Source of the DNA: Candidatus Woesearchaeota archaeon
GTDB taxonomy: Archaea; Nanobdellota; Nanobdellia; Woesearchaeales; 21-14-0-10-32-9
Assembly: GCA_021736975.1 (NCBI GenBank)
Contig: JAIPET010000002.1
Location: forward strand, 26,512-90,511
Length of the DNA: 64,000 bases
Direction: 5' to 3'
The position numbers and the translations under genes are program-made. Below are positions 10,361 to 20,600 of the stretch, piece after piece. The notes beneath the pieces are model-generated. The model was not told where the DNA came from and did not search any database. It saw only the letters and a list, made by a program, of their open reading frames with translations. Each line of letters opens with the position of its first letter. The first letter of the stretch is position 1.

Positions 10361-11101
10361 TTATGCTTCATTTTTTTGCATTTCTTTATTTTGAATTTCA
10401 ATTTTTTTTGTTGTATCTTCATCAAGTGAGTTAACTACCATTCCATCTTTCAAATAAGCTATCCTGTCTGCTTTGTGTGCTACTTTTTCATCATGTGTTA
10501 CCATGACTATGGTTGTTCCTCTTGTTTCGTGTAATTCTCTTAAAAAATCTAGTACTGATGATCCTGTTTTACTATCCAAAGCTCCCGTTGGTTCATCTGC
10601 GAGTATTACATCAGGAGTATTTGCTAATGCTCTTGCTATTGCAACTCTTTGTTGTTGTCCTCCTGATAATTCATTTGGTGTATGATACATTCTATCGCCT
10701 AATTCAACCATTTTAAGTGCTTGTTCTGCTAATTCTTCTCTTTCACTTCTTGATAAGTTTTGAAAAGTTAATGGCAACATAACATTTTCTTTTGCAGTCA
10801 TACTTGTTAATAAATTGAATTTTTGAAATATAAATCCTATTTTTTTACCCCTTATTTGTGCTAATTCTGATTCGCCCATTTCAGATATATCTTTTCCATC
10901 TAAAAATATATGTCCTGTAGTTGGAACATCCAAGCATCCAACCATATTCATAGCTGTACTTTTTCCTGAACCTGAAGGCCCCATTATTGCTAAAAATTCT
11001 CCTTTTTTAACTTCTAAATTTAATCCTCTTAATGCATGAACTTTCATTTCACCCATATCATATGTTTTCCATACATCTTTTAATTCTATTATGTTTTTCA
11101 T
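10361..11101 (-). CDS. ABC transporter ATP-binding protein, MacB/LolD type
   Basis: Walker A GPSGSGKST, signature LSGGQQQRVAIARAL, Walker B ILADEPTGALD. Confidence 0.85.
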   Translation of the reverse strand: MKNIIELKDVWKTYDMGEMKVHALRGLNLEVKKGEFLAIMGPSGSGKSTAMNMVGCLDVPTTGHIFLDGKDISEMGESELAQIRGKKIGFIFQKFNLLTSMTAKENVMLPLTFQNLSRSEREELAEQALKMVELGDRMYHTPNELSGGQQQRVAIARALANTPDVILADEPTGALDSKTGSSVLDFLRELHETRGTTIVMVTHDEKVAHKADRIAYLKDGMVVNSLDEDTTKKIEIQNKEMQKNEA

Positions 11102-11168
11102 TTTGTCTCACCACAAAATATAAATCTTAAAAATGCTTGATTTTTGTTGTTTTCTTTTTTTACCATTG

Positions 11169-11678
11169 TTACATCAACTTTTCCATTTCTTCCATTGTTT
11201 TTTGAAGAATTTTTTCCAATTGCATAATTTGTTTGTAATAAAATCTGACGATATCATATTGTTTTTTAAATCGGTCATTTTTTGATAATTCATATTGTTT
11301 TTTATATTTATCAAGTATGTGTGGAATTTTATGTTTTACTGGATTGATTTCTATTTCAATGCCTTTTTGCATTTTATTTCGCATAATAGCTTTAATATCT
11401 GAATCCATTATAAAATATAATTTTTTTGAGCCTGGTTTTTTTATTTTTCTAATAAACCCTATTCCTTCAAGCATTTTTAGTTTTGAACTTATTCCTGAAA
11501 GGGCATATCCTGTTCTTTCTGCTAAGTCATCCATAGAAATTTCTCCTGGTTCTATGAATAGCATGGAAAACAATTTACTTGTTAGCATATCAAATCCGAA
11601 TCCTTTTATTATAGATACAAAGAACCCATTCATTTCTTCTTCAAATTGTTTTTCAATAGTCATTTTATGATACCACAA
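11169..11678 (-). CDS. Winged-helix transcriptional regulator (MarR/GbsR-like), first gene of the MacB operon
   Basis: 169 aa with a central HTH-like segment (ISMDDLAERTGYALSGISSKLKMLEGIGFI) and a C-terminal coiled coil. The start may instead be the internal Met at 11663. Confidence 0.45.
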   Translation of the reverse strand: MWYHKMTIEKQFEEEMNGFFVSIIKGFGFDMLTSKLFSMLFIEPGEISMDDLAERTGYALSGISSKLKMLEGIGFIRKIKKPGSKKLYFIMDSDIKAIMRNKMQKGIEIEINPVKHKIPHILDKYKKQYELSKNDRFKKQYDIVRFYYKQIMQLEKILQKTMEEMEKLM

Positions 11679-11756
11679 TAATCATTTTATTCAGTATTTT
11701 CTGTATTTTGTGAAAATTATAAATATGTAGAATATTCTGATTTATAAATGTTATGG

Positions 11757-11888
11757 ATTTTTGGCTCTGGCCGGAAAAGAATAAATTTGTATACTGGAAC
11801 ACGGCACAACCTATGCATTCTCTTCGAGACTGCATGTGCCTCGATGGGCGCCAGTATACACAAAAGTGTTATTCCGGCTAGAGCCGGA
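11757..11888. repeat. MITE-like element: two ~35-39-nt imperfect inverted repeats (core CCGGAAAAGAATAAATTTGTATACTG) flanking a 54-nt core
   Basis: 11757-11795 (GGCTCTGGCCGGAAAAGAATAAATTTGTATACTGG) is the near reverse complement of 11850-11885 (CCAGTATACACAAAAGTGTTATTCCGGCTAGAGCC). Confidence 0.4.
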
Positions 11889-12023
11889 TTTTTAACTCTG
11901 GTCAGAATAACAGATTTTAGTATTATGCCTTGAAGAATTTTGAGATGAGTTTATTGACAAAGTCAATGAAATTACGTGCTCATCGGTTATTTCTTTTTAG
12001 CGGAGATAAAAATAAACCTTCAC

Positions 12024-12062
12024 AGTATACAAATTTATTCTTTTCCGGTTAGAACCGAATTT
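12024..12062. repeat. Solo third copy of the same repeat (CAGTATACAAATTTATTCTTTTCCGGTTAGAACCGAATT)
   Basis: A perfect reverse-complement match to the 11768-11795 core, 26 of 26 nt. Confidence 0.45.
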
Positions 12063-12093
12063 TTATATAATAAAATAACTTTAGAAATATATA

Positions 12094-12166
12094 AGCCCCC
12101 GGCGAGAGTTGCACTCGCGACCTTTAGATTACAAGTCTAACGCAATAGCTGCTATGCTACGGGGGC
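12094..12166 (-). tRNA. tRNA-Thr (anticodon UGU), with non-canonical D- and T-loops
   Basis: Minus strand reads GCCCCCG..TTAGA-CTTGTAA-TCTAA..GCGAG-TGCAACT-CTCGC-CGGGGGC. Acceptor, anticodon and T stems are perfect, with U33 and A37 in place. C19 and G55 replace the universal G19 and U55. Confidence 0.55.
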
Positions 12167-12195
12167 ATATGCAATATACTCAGTAAAAAATGTTC

Positions 12196-12203
12196 ATTTA
12201 AAT
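12196..12203 (-). promoter_or_regulatory. TATA-like box (TTTAAATA on the plus strand) about 30 nt upstream of tRNA-Thr
   Basis: AT-rich octamer at -30 to -23 relative to the tRNA 5' end, in the archaeal promoter position. Confidence 0.3.
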
Positions 12204-12300
12204 AAGTTTCTCTAAAAATAGAGCAACAAAAGCATTTATTTTCCATATTGTATTTTATTTAATAAAAATATTTATATTAATCCAATTTAAACTAGTATTT

Positions 12301-12834
12301 GTGGAAGAAAATGAAATTAAAATTCTTGAAATTAATAGACCTGAAATAGAAAAAAAACTCATCAAACTTGGAGCTACAAAAATATTTGAGGGAATATTAG
12401 AATCTGAAGCTTTTGATAAGAATGGAAAATTATTAAAAAATAAAAAATATTTAAGATTAAGAAAAGAAGGTAATTTAACTAAATTAACATATAAAGAACC
12501 TTCAACAAATAAAAGTAAGAAAATTAAATCTAAAGATGAATATGAAATTACAGTTTCTGAGTATGATACTACAAAAAAAATTCTTCAAAGTTTAGGTTTT
12601 TTACCTTGGATATCTTTAAAAAAAACAAGAATTAGTTATAAATTAAATAATATCAGATTTGAATTTGATAAATACCATGACTCTTGGGAATTCATTCCTG
12701 AATTTATGGAAATTGAAGGTCCTAGTGAAGAAATTATTTTTGAATATGCAAACATACTTGGTTTTTCTAAAGATGAATGTAAGACTTGGGGCGGAAAAAA
12801 AGTAGCTGATTATTATCAGAATAAAATTAAGTAA
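12301..12834 (+). CDS. CYTH-domain protein (class IV adenylyl cyclase / triphosphate tunnel metalloenzyme family)
   Basis: GTG start. The N-terminal alternating acidic motif EENEIKILEI matches the ExExK signature of CYTH domains. 177 aa. Confidence 0.6.
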   Translation: MEENEIKILEINRPEIEKKLIKLGATKIFEGILESEAFDKNGKLLKNKKYLRLRKEGNLTKLTYKEPSTNKSKKIKSKDEYEITVSEYDTTKKILQSLGFLPWISLKKTRISYKLNNIRFEFDKYHDSWEFIPEFMEIEGPSEEIIFEYANILGFSKDECKTWGGKKVADYYQNKIK

Positions 12835-13277
12835 AGAACGAATGGAATTATTGTTCCCCAAATGAGGCCTCCTAAAACTTGTAAGAATGTATGTCCATAT
12901 ACTACTTTTAATGTATCCATTTTTTTAAGTTTTAGTATTTTATTTAATTTTTCTCCTTGTTTTCCTACATATTGTCTTACTCCAAATGCATCACTTATTA
13001 TGATTAGTGTGAATACTAGTGCAAAATAAAATGTTTCATTAAAATAACCTAATCTCATATGTTGTATTAATCCTATTGAAACAAGAATTGCTGTTACTGC
13101 TGCTGTGTGTGTTGAGGGCATACCTCCATTTTCAAAACCATATTTTATAGTAAATCTTTGTCCTTTTGAATGGCTTTTTGTTGCGGCTTTTACGATGCAT
13201 GCAGTTAGCCAAGATACAAAAAAAGATAAAAAGTAAAAGTTTGTTAATATTTCAAGCATCCAGTACATAAGAAACAT
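12816..13277 (-). CDS. Divergent PAP2-family membrane protein (DUF212)
   Basis: GGMPSTHTAAV matches the GGMPSSHSA signature of DUF212. Four TM helices. Its 3' end overlaps the CYTH gene convergently. Confidence 0.6.
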   Translation of the reverse strand: MFLMYWMLEILTNFYFLSFFVSWLTACIVKAATKSHSKGQRFTIKYGFENGGMPSTHTAAVTAILVSIGLIQHMRLGYFNETFYFALVFTLIIISDAFGVRQYVGKQGEKLNKILKLKKMDTLKVVYGHTFLQVLGGLIWGTIIPFVLYLILF

Positions 13278-13465
13278 TGTTTTCTTTGAGTTTATAAATT
13301 TTTTTCTATACTAAACCAAATAAAACATCCAGTATCTTCTTAAAGTAAAGTTAAAAGAGTTGCATTTTGTAAAACAAAATAATTTATAACTCTTAATTTT
13401 TTATTTTTGACACTGTCTAAAAACAATTCTTTACAACATAATAAAAAAAGAATCCTTGATAAAAT

Positions 13466-14425
13466 TCATAAGACTCTTCTATATATTGTGTTAGCAATAC
13501 CCCATTCAAAGAATAATAAGCCTAATCCAATTAATAAACCGACCATGGTTAAATCAATTGGTAGATATTTTTCTGTTTTTTTATTACTAAATTGTTGATA
13601 TGCTTGTCTTAATTCATCAGTATTTGATACATATATGTATGAACCTTCTGTTTCTTCAGCTATTGTTTTTAATACATCAGAATCATATCTTGAAGATAAA
13701 TTGTAATAATTTGGTAAATATCCTATAGGTCCTGTATTTGTTCCCAAACCTATTGTGTTTATTGTAACTTGATTATTTTTTGCATATTTTATTGCTTGGT
13801 CTACTGAATCAGATATAAATGCGCCAAGAGTATTTACTCCATCAGATATTAAAAGTATTGTTTTTCCTTTTTCTGGTTCTGCTAATAATAAATTTGAAGA
13901 AGTTATTATTGCTCCGGGAATATCCGTTCCGCCCGTACTTGATATTTTTATGCTTTCAAGAGCAATTACAAAATCATTTTTTTTATCTGTAAGTGTTTGT
14001 TCTACTGTTGTAGATCCTGCAAATGAAACTAAGCCTAATTTTGTTGTACTGTCAAGTTCATCTACAAATATGTTCATATATTCTTTTGCTGCTTCAAGTC
14101 TATTTGGTCTAACATCTTCTGAAGTCATTGATGCGCTTGAATCTATTGCAATTACAAAATTCACATCATTTCCCATCCCTTTATACCAAAGCGTGGTTCC
14201 GGCAGCTGCAGTTATTAAACAAAACATAACTAAAATTCTTACAACTAAATGCGTCATATTTTTTGTTAATAATTTTCCTCCTGAAATTCTTCTTAGTGCT
14301 TCAAAGTTTGCAAAATTTATAGCTTTACTTCTACTAGTTTTTAAAAACCAAAAATGTGTTATTATGAATAAAGGTATACTTAGTAAAAACCATAAATATA
14401 CTGGATTTTCAAATTGTATATACAT
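13466..14425 (-). CDS. BatA-like vWA-domain membrane protein
   Basis: Two N-terminal TM helices, the MIDAS motif VIAIDSSASM, a vWA fold and a C-terminal TM helix. Third gene of a MoxR operon. Confidence 0.7.
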   Translation of the reverse strand: MYIQFENPVYLWFLLSIPLFIITHFWFLKTSRSKAINFANFEALRRISGGKLLTKNMTHLVVRILVMFCLITAAAGTTLWYKGMGNDVNFVIAIDSSASMTSEDVRPNRLEAAKEYMNIFVDELDSTTKLGLVSFAGSTTVEQTLTDKKNDFVIALESIKISSTGGTDIPGAIITSSNLLLAEPEKGKTILLISDGVNTLGAFISDSVDQAIKYAKNNQVTINTIGLGTNTGPIGYLPNYYNLSSRYDSDVLKTIAEETEGSYIYVSNTDELRQAYQQFSNKKTEKYLPIDLTMVGLLIGLGLLFFEWGIANTIYRRVL

Positions 14426-15322
14426 TTATTCTGACCTCTTTGATCTTTTTCTAAAAAATCCTGTTAATTTTGATATGTAATCTTCATCTGTTGTTAATAT
14501 TAAAAAGTCTCCTCTTGATTTTTTAAAAACTTCTTTTACTTCGTTTTCTTGTATTAGATTCATTTCCTTATATTTTTTTGCATATTTTTTTGTATCAACA
14601 TAAATATTTTTTCCTGTAAATGGATCTTTTAATAACATTTGACCTCCTGTTGAAGGTAATTCTCTATCTCTTGGATCTTTTATCATTATTCCTATTAATT
14701 CATAGTTATCCGCCATTAATTTTATGTATTTATCCCATCCTTTTTTTAGTCCTAAAAAGTCTGAAATTATTATTAATACTGCTTTTTGATCAATAAAACT
14801 TCTTGTCATTAAAAGTGCTTTTGGTAAATCGTAATTTCCTCCGTAATTATTTGGATTAAGTAAATTTGTTTCGATATGTCTTAAAGTTTCAGATCCTATT
14901 GTTGGTTGAATATTATTTACAAATTTGTCATTAAACATAGCTAAGCCTACTGCGTCTCCTGCTTTATTTATTGCATCTGCCATCATATATGCTAATTCTG
15001 CTGCATATTCACATTTTAATTTTTCTATTGAAGTAAATAACATTGAGTCGCTCACATCTAAAAGAAAAAAAACTGTAAAATTTTTGTAATCTTCAAATTC
15101 TCTAACTAATGTTTCTTTTGCTCTAAGACTTGCTTTCCAATCTATTAGAGAAGCATCATCTCCGTAAGTGTATTTTCTAAATCCTGCGAATTCTATTCCT
15201 CTTCCTTTGAATACTGTGGCCCATTCTCCTTCTAGTGTTTTTGAAAGAACATCTCTTCTTGCATTTACATCAAGCTTTTTTAATTCTGGGTTTAAATCTA
15301 TTCTTAAATCTTTAATTGGCAT
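14426..15322 (-). CDS. DUF58 protein, MoxR-associated
   Basis: Conserved DUF58 region (RGIEFAGFRKYTYGDDASLIDWKAS), an adjacent vWA-like fold (LLDVSDSM), and the classic position between MoxR and BatA. Confidence 0.7.
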   Translation of the reverse strand: MPIKDLRIDLNPELKKLDVNARRDVLSKTLEGEWATVFKGRGIEFAGFRKYTYGDDASLIDWKASLRAKETLVREFEDYKNFTVFFLLDVSDSMLFTSIEKLKCEYAAELAYMMADAINKAGDAVGLAMFNDKFVNNIQPTIGSETLRHIETNLLNPNNYGGNYDLPKALLMTRSFIDQKAVLIIISDFLGLKKGWDKYIKLMADNYELIGIMIKDPRDRELPSTGGQMLLKDPFTGKNIYVDTKKYAKKYKEMNLIQENEVKEVFKKSRGDFLILTTDEDYISKLTGFFRKRSKRSE

Positions 15323-15332
15323 TTTTTTGTAT

Positions 15333-16346
15333 TTAAAGTATTTTTACTTTTTGAATTATTTCATCTATTATTTGTTCTGATGAAATTTCTTCTGCTTGTC
15401 CTTCAAAATTTATTAGAATTCTGTGTCTTAAAACATTTTTTACAACTTTTCGCACATGATCTACTGTTACTTGTGGTTCATTTTCTAGTAATGCCCTTGC
15501 TTTACTTGTTATGAATATAGCTATGCTTGCCCTAGGACTTGCTCCAAAAGCTATGAATTTTCCTGATTCTACACCATATTTTTTTGGATCTCTTGTTGCT
15601 TCTACAAGTCTAACTATATATTTTTCAACTTTTTCATCAGTTATTATTTTTTTTACTAATTGTTGCGATTCTAAAATATGATCTGGACTTAGAATTGGTT
15701 CTATATTGTAATCATCAAATTTTTTCAAAGTCATATTTGTGTTTAATATTTTTCGCTCATCTGAACTTTTTGGATAGGACATTTTTACTTTATATATGAA
15801 CCTATCTAGTTGTGCTTCTGGCAACTTATATGTTCCTATTTGTTCTAGTGGATTTTGTGTTGCCATTACAAAAAAGGGTTCTGGTAATTTAAAAGTCTCT
15901 TTACCAATAGTTACTTGTTTCTCCTGCATTGCTTCTAATAATGCTGATTGTACTTTAGGAGGACTTCTATTTATTTCATCTCCTAGTACAAAATTTGCGA
16001 AAACTGGTCCTTTTACTGTATAAAACCCTTTTCCTTCTTCATATGTTGTTATTCCTAAAATATCTGTTGGAAGTAAGTCTGGTGTAAATTGAATTCTTGA
16101 AAAATTACATCCTGCTATTTTAGATAAGGTTCTTATTAATAATGTTTTTCCAACACCTGGAATTCCTTCTACTAATACGTGTCCATCAGCTAATAATGCT
16201 TCTAAAAGAGCAGTAACCATCTCATCTTGACCAATGAATATTCTTGCAATTTCATTTCTTATAATTTGAAATTTTGGTTGATAAGAAGCTATTTCTTTTT
16301 TTAGCCCGTTTAATTCTTCTTCAGAAAGTTTTTTTCTGCCTTCCAT
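15333..16346 (-). CDS. moxR: MoxR-family AAA+ ATPase
   Basis: Walker A GIPGVGKT, Walker B/sensor VMATQNP and the arginine finger region LPEAQLDRF. 337 aa. Confidence 0.85.
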   Translation of the reverse strand: MEGRKKLSEEELNGLKKEIASYQPKFQIIRNEIARIFIGQDEMVTALLEALLADGHVLVEGIPGVGKTLLIRTLSKIAGCNFSRIQFTPDLLPTDILGITTYEEGKGFYTVKGPVFANFVLGDEINRSPPKVQSALLEAMQEKQVTIGKETFKLPEPFFVMATQNPLEQIGTYKLPEAQLDRFIYKVKMSYPKSSDERKILNTNMTLKKFDDYNIEPILSPDHILESQQLVKKIITDEKVEKYIVRLVEATRDPKKYGVESGKFIAFGASPRASIAIFITSKARALLENEPQVTVDHVRKVVKNVLRHRILINFEGQAEEISSEQIIDEIIQKVKIL

Positions 16347-16472
16347 ATTATTTATTTAAGCCAATCTATATTTAAATAGTTATAGTTCCACTGTAAAATG
16401 ATTACAAAAAATGTGAATGAAAAAAAATATCTTATAGAAAAGTTTATATAATCAAATTCATGATTTTTTAAC

Positions 16473-17480
16473 ATGGGTGACCAAAGAGGTGTAGACATTA
16501 GTCCAGAAGATAGGCTGGCCTCTAAAATTCTTTTAGGAGAATCTACTTTAAAAAAAATTGATTACTATCTTACAAAAAGTTATTTATCAGATTTAGACGT
16601 TTATAATGTGTTTAAAGAATTTTTTAGTGGTTATTTAGAATTAAATTATGAATTTACTTGTAAAGATTTATTAGAAGAAACTAAAAAAACGTTTATGGAC
16701 ACATCTACAAAAGCAAAACTCGATAGTTTAGTGAATAAACTTAGAATTATAGAGTATTCTGATGAATCTTTTGATCAGAAAGATCTTATTGAAATATTAA
16801 AATCTTTAAAAAATATTGTTGATACTCTTCTTGAAATTACAAAAAATCAAAATAAAAGAAGTTTTTTTAGTAAGCTTTTTGGTTCTAAAACTAAACAAAA
16901 TGAATTTGTTCCAAAAGAAATAGTGGTAGAAGAGTCTTTAGATGAACTTAATAAAGATGAAAAAATAGAAGAAAAAGAAAATATTCTTGATGAACCAATA
17001 ATTAATGAAGAAGAACCAGAAAAAGAAGAATATGATGAGCCTATTGAAATTATAGGTGATGAAGTTAAAGAAGATTTTGAAGTTCATGAAGATTGGACTG
17101 GAGAACCTAAAAAAATAAAGAAAACAAAAAATATAAAAAATATTAACAAAAAAAAGGTTGAAAAAAATAACAAAATAAATATTAAAGAACAAAAGAAAAT
17201 AAATATTAAAGATAAAAAGATTAAAAAAATAAAAAATAAAACGCCTGAAAAAAAAGAAAATAAAAAGAAAAGGAATAATGAGAAATCAAAAGAAATTAAA
17301 AATGATATTTCTTCAAAAAGTATGTCCTCTCTAATTTCTGAAGCTAAAAAGATTAGATCTAAAAATAAACTTGAAGAAATATATAAGACCGTTTTAACAA
17401 AATATAATTCTTTATCAGAACAAAGCCAAAATAAATATTATGCCAAAGTTAATAAATTATATGAAAGGTTAAAAAAATAG
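16473..17480 (+). CDS. Hypothetical protein with a low-complexity K/E/N-rich C-terminal half
   Basis: 335-aa ORF with regular codon usage and no recognisable domain. The second half is highly charged. Confidence 0.35.
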   Translation: MGDQRGVDISPEDRLASKILLGESTLKKIDYYLTKSYLSDLDVYNVFKEFFSGYLELNYEFTCKDLLEETKKTFMDTSTKAKLDSLVNKLRIIEYSDESFDQKDLIEILKSLKNIVDTLLEITKNQNKRSFFSKLFGSKTKQNEFVPKEIVVEESLDELNKDEKIEEKENILDEPIINEEEPEKEEYDEPIEIIGDEVKEDFEVHEDWTGEPKKIKKTKNIKNINKKKVEKNNKINIKEQKKINIKDKKIKKIKNKTPEKKENKKKRNNEKSKEIKNDISSKSMSSLISEAKKIRSKNKLEEIYKTVLTKYNSLSEQSQNKYYAKVNKLYERLKK

Positions 17481-17646
17481 AGACATATTATTAAATAAAA
17501 ATAACAAACATATATAATTAAAAAAATTTAAAATTATAACTTAAACTAAAATAGTTCTAGAATCATCACACATCAAATATACTAATTATTAACAAATGAA
17601 TAATAAAATATGAATAACTTAATAAAAAAAATTAATTAAAGAATAT

Positions 17647-20600
17647 TTATTTTTTTGAATCATCTGTAATAAGTTTTTTGAATGCTGCTATAACATAAAA
17701 TGCTATTGTTAATATTAATAATATTCCTGAACCTATAACTAATTTATCTGCATGTTCATCTAGTAATTCAAAACTTTTTTCTATAAATCCAGGTGTTTCT
17801 CTTTTTATTATGTTTTCTTCATTCATTAAAAATTTACATCCATTTATAACGCCTGTCACAAGATCTAAAGATTCTTTATAATTAAGATCATTTAGCGCTC
17901 TTTCTGCTCTATCCAGTAATTCTGTTAATTCTCTACATTCTGGATTTTCTGATAACATATCTCTTGCAAAAGTCACTTTAGCTGTTATTTCCTTTCCTTC
18001 ATCTGTTTGTTCTAATGAATTAATTAATATAGTTGTAGAATCTATAAATGGTGGTTCTTGAACTGCTGCAAATATAGTAATTTCAAAAGGACCATCAGTT
18101 CTATAATTTGATATAGATATTATGCTTGTTTCTTCACCACCTGCAGGTATTCTAGAATAATAACTTCTATCAAAACTATAAGTTACATTTTCTTGTAAAG
18201 CTAATGTTGCATTTATCGTAATTCCTCTTATTTCTTCTTCCCAAGTATTTTTTATAGTAATAGGGATGTGTATTGTTCTATTTTCATATGTATCTACTGA
18301 TAATGGCGCAATTATTTTTATTGGTTTTGGAGTCTCAACTTCTACATCTATAGGCACCGTGATTACTCTTGTATTTGTTCTACTCCCTCCACTACTTGAG
18401 CCTGTTCCTTGGCCCGCATTAGGTGTTGCACCTATAACAGTTACAGTAATTTCATCACTAAGTTCTGTTTCGCCTTCAGCATCTGTTGCTAGAAATTGAA
18501 CTACACAAATTCCTGTAGCTATCGGATTAACTCTTAATGTATCTTCTGAAAATGAGAAAGTAGCTAATGAACATGCACCTGGATTAACTAAACTATATGT
18601 TAATTCAGTAGATTCATTTTCATATTCTAAACTTCTCATACCATCTGCATCAAGATCATCATCAGGATCATAAAATCTTTGTACTAAATTTCTATAACTC
18701 ATATAATCAACAAATTCTGATGAATAATTTACATCTATATCTTCCAATGAATTTGCAAAATATTGTGGATATCTATTTAAATTTGTTATGTCTAAACTCC
18801 AAAAAAAGTTAGTTGAAGATAATCTTGAATCTGTTGCAATTAAAGAAACGTTATGTGTTCCATTTGACCAAAAATCAAATTCTTTTGTAAAATTTGAATT
18901 TGTTCCGGGAGTTACATTTTCTATTGTTAATTGTAATTCTCCATCATAATACCATTCATATGTTAAATTATTATTTGGAATTGATGTATCATTTGTTATT
19001 ATAGCATCAAAGTCTAATGTTAAATTTTCATAAAAACTTAATGTTTCTCTGTTTGAAGGAAAATTTGTTATATTCAAAAATTGAACAGTTATATTTTGGG
19101 ATTGATTTTGATATGGTTTTATTAATTGTATTTCCGGTGGTTGTGACGCTTGAAGAATTGTAAATGAAACGTTTTGCACTGTAGATGTATTTGATGCATC
19201 TGATATATTAAGAACTATCCAAGCATCTCCTTGAATTGTCGGGGTAAATGTTAATGCATATTGACTATTTGAATTATTAATCTTATTTACAGTTAACAAA
19301 TTTAATCCCGAAGATGAATTTTGAATTATTAGATTTGTTGTTTCATTTGCCCATTCAGAACTTAAATATAAATCATAGTCAGTTATATAAACAGTTTTAT
19401 TTACTTCAATATTTTGAACAACAACACCCATATTAAGAGTATCTGAAAAATTGTCTCTGTCTTGATCAAATATAGGTGCATCATTTTCATTATTTATAAT
19501 TATTGATATTGTTTCTGTTGATACGTTTTCTCTTGATGAATTTAGTTCATCTTTAGAAACTATTGTTATATTGTGTAATCCTACTTGTTTATTTGCTAAA
19601 TATGTATTATTTTTTGTCATATTTAATAAATTTGTTTGATTGTTGATATTATTTGAATAATTATTATATGTTGTTGATATTTGATAGTATGAAGAATTAA
19701 ATGATGTGTGTGTGGTAACTGTTATGTTTATTGATTCATTATTATTTTCTAATACATTAAATTCTATTTCAATCAAATCATTTTGATTAAAATTAAATTC
19801 GGTTTGATTTATTATTAATTCTGGAGGCGTATTATTTATTACTGAAATATTCATTAAAGCCCAATCCAAAAATTCTCCATTAGTTACGCTAATATTTATA
19901 GACCAATTTCCTATGTGAGAATTTTCTGTAGGACTCATTGTTATTAATCCAGTTTCATTATTTATTGTTAAAAAACTTGTTTCATTTATTGAATATGTTA
20001 AATTTGCTGTATTTAATGCATCATATGTTAATGAATCTGGGTCTGTTACATTAACTTGATATTCTTTTATTGAATATCTATGCACTATTTGGTTTGAAAT
20101 ATTTCCATTTTCACTTATTGGATTTATTGTTGGAGGATCATTTTCGTTTGTTATATTTAAAGTTACTAATTTATAAGTTATGCCATCTTCATCATCTTGT
20201 AAAATTATTTTTACATATCTACAAGCAACATGATCATTTGTTATTGTTTCATTTATCAAACCTGAAGAATTTATTGGTGAATTATTAATTGTAGTTATAT
20301 CCCATGGAAAATTATTCATACAATATATCGATGCATTTAATGGATAGGTTATATTCCATGTTAAATTATTTATTTCATCTGAATCATTTCCATAAATATA
20401 ATTTGTGTATAATTCAGATTGATTTGCACTTGCAGTTAGTTCTGGATAGCTCGTTATATTTGGATCATGATTTGTTCTAAGTATTTCAAGTGTGAATTGG
20501 TATTGTGTTGCTTGTCTTGTGGTATTATGTCCGTATGAATCTGTAATATTCAATATAACTGTCCAATTTCCAACATAATCATTTGTCGCGGATCCTGTTG

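Noticed and set aside
11748-11933. 61-aa ORF inside the inverted-repeat element
   Set aside because: It spans the repeat arms and has no ribosome-binding context. It is more likely a non-coding repeat.
11757-12062. CRISPR array
   Set aside because: The repeats are inverted, number three, and have irregular spacing (54 and 136 nt). There are no cas genes, and nowhere else in the window is there a regular direct-repeat array.
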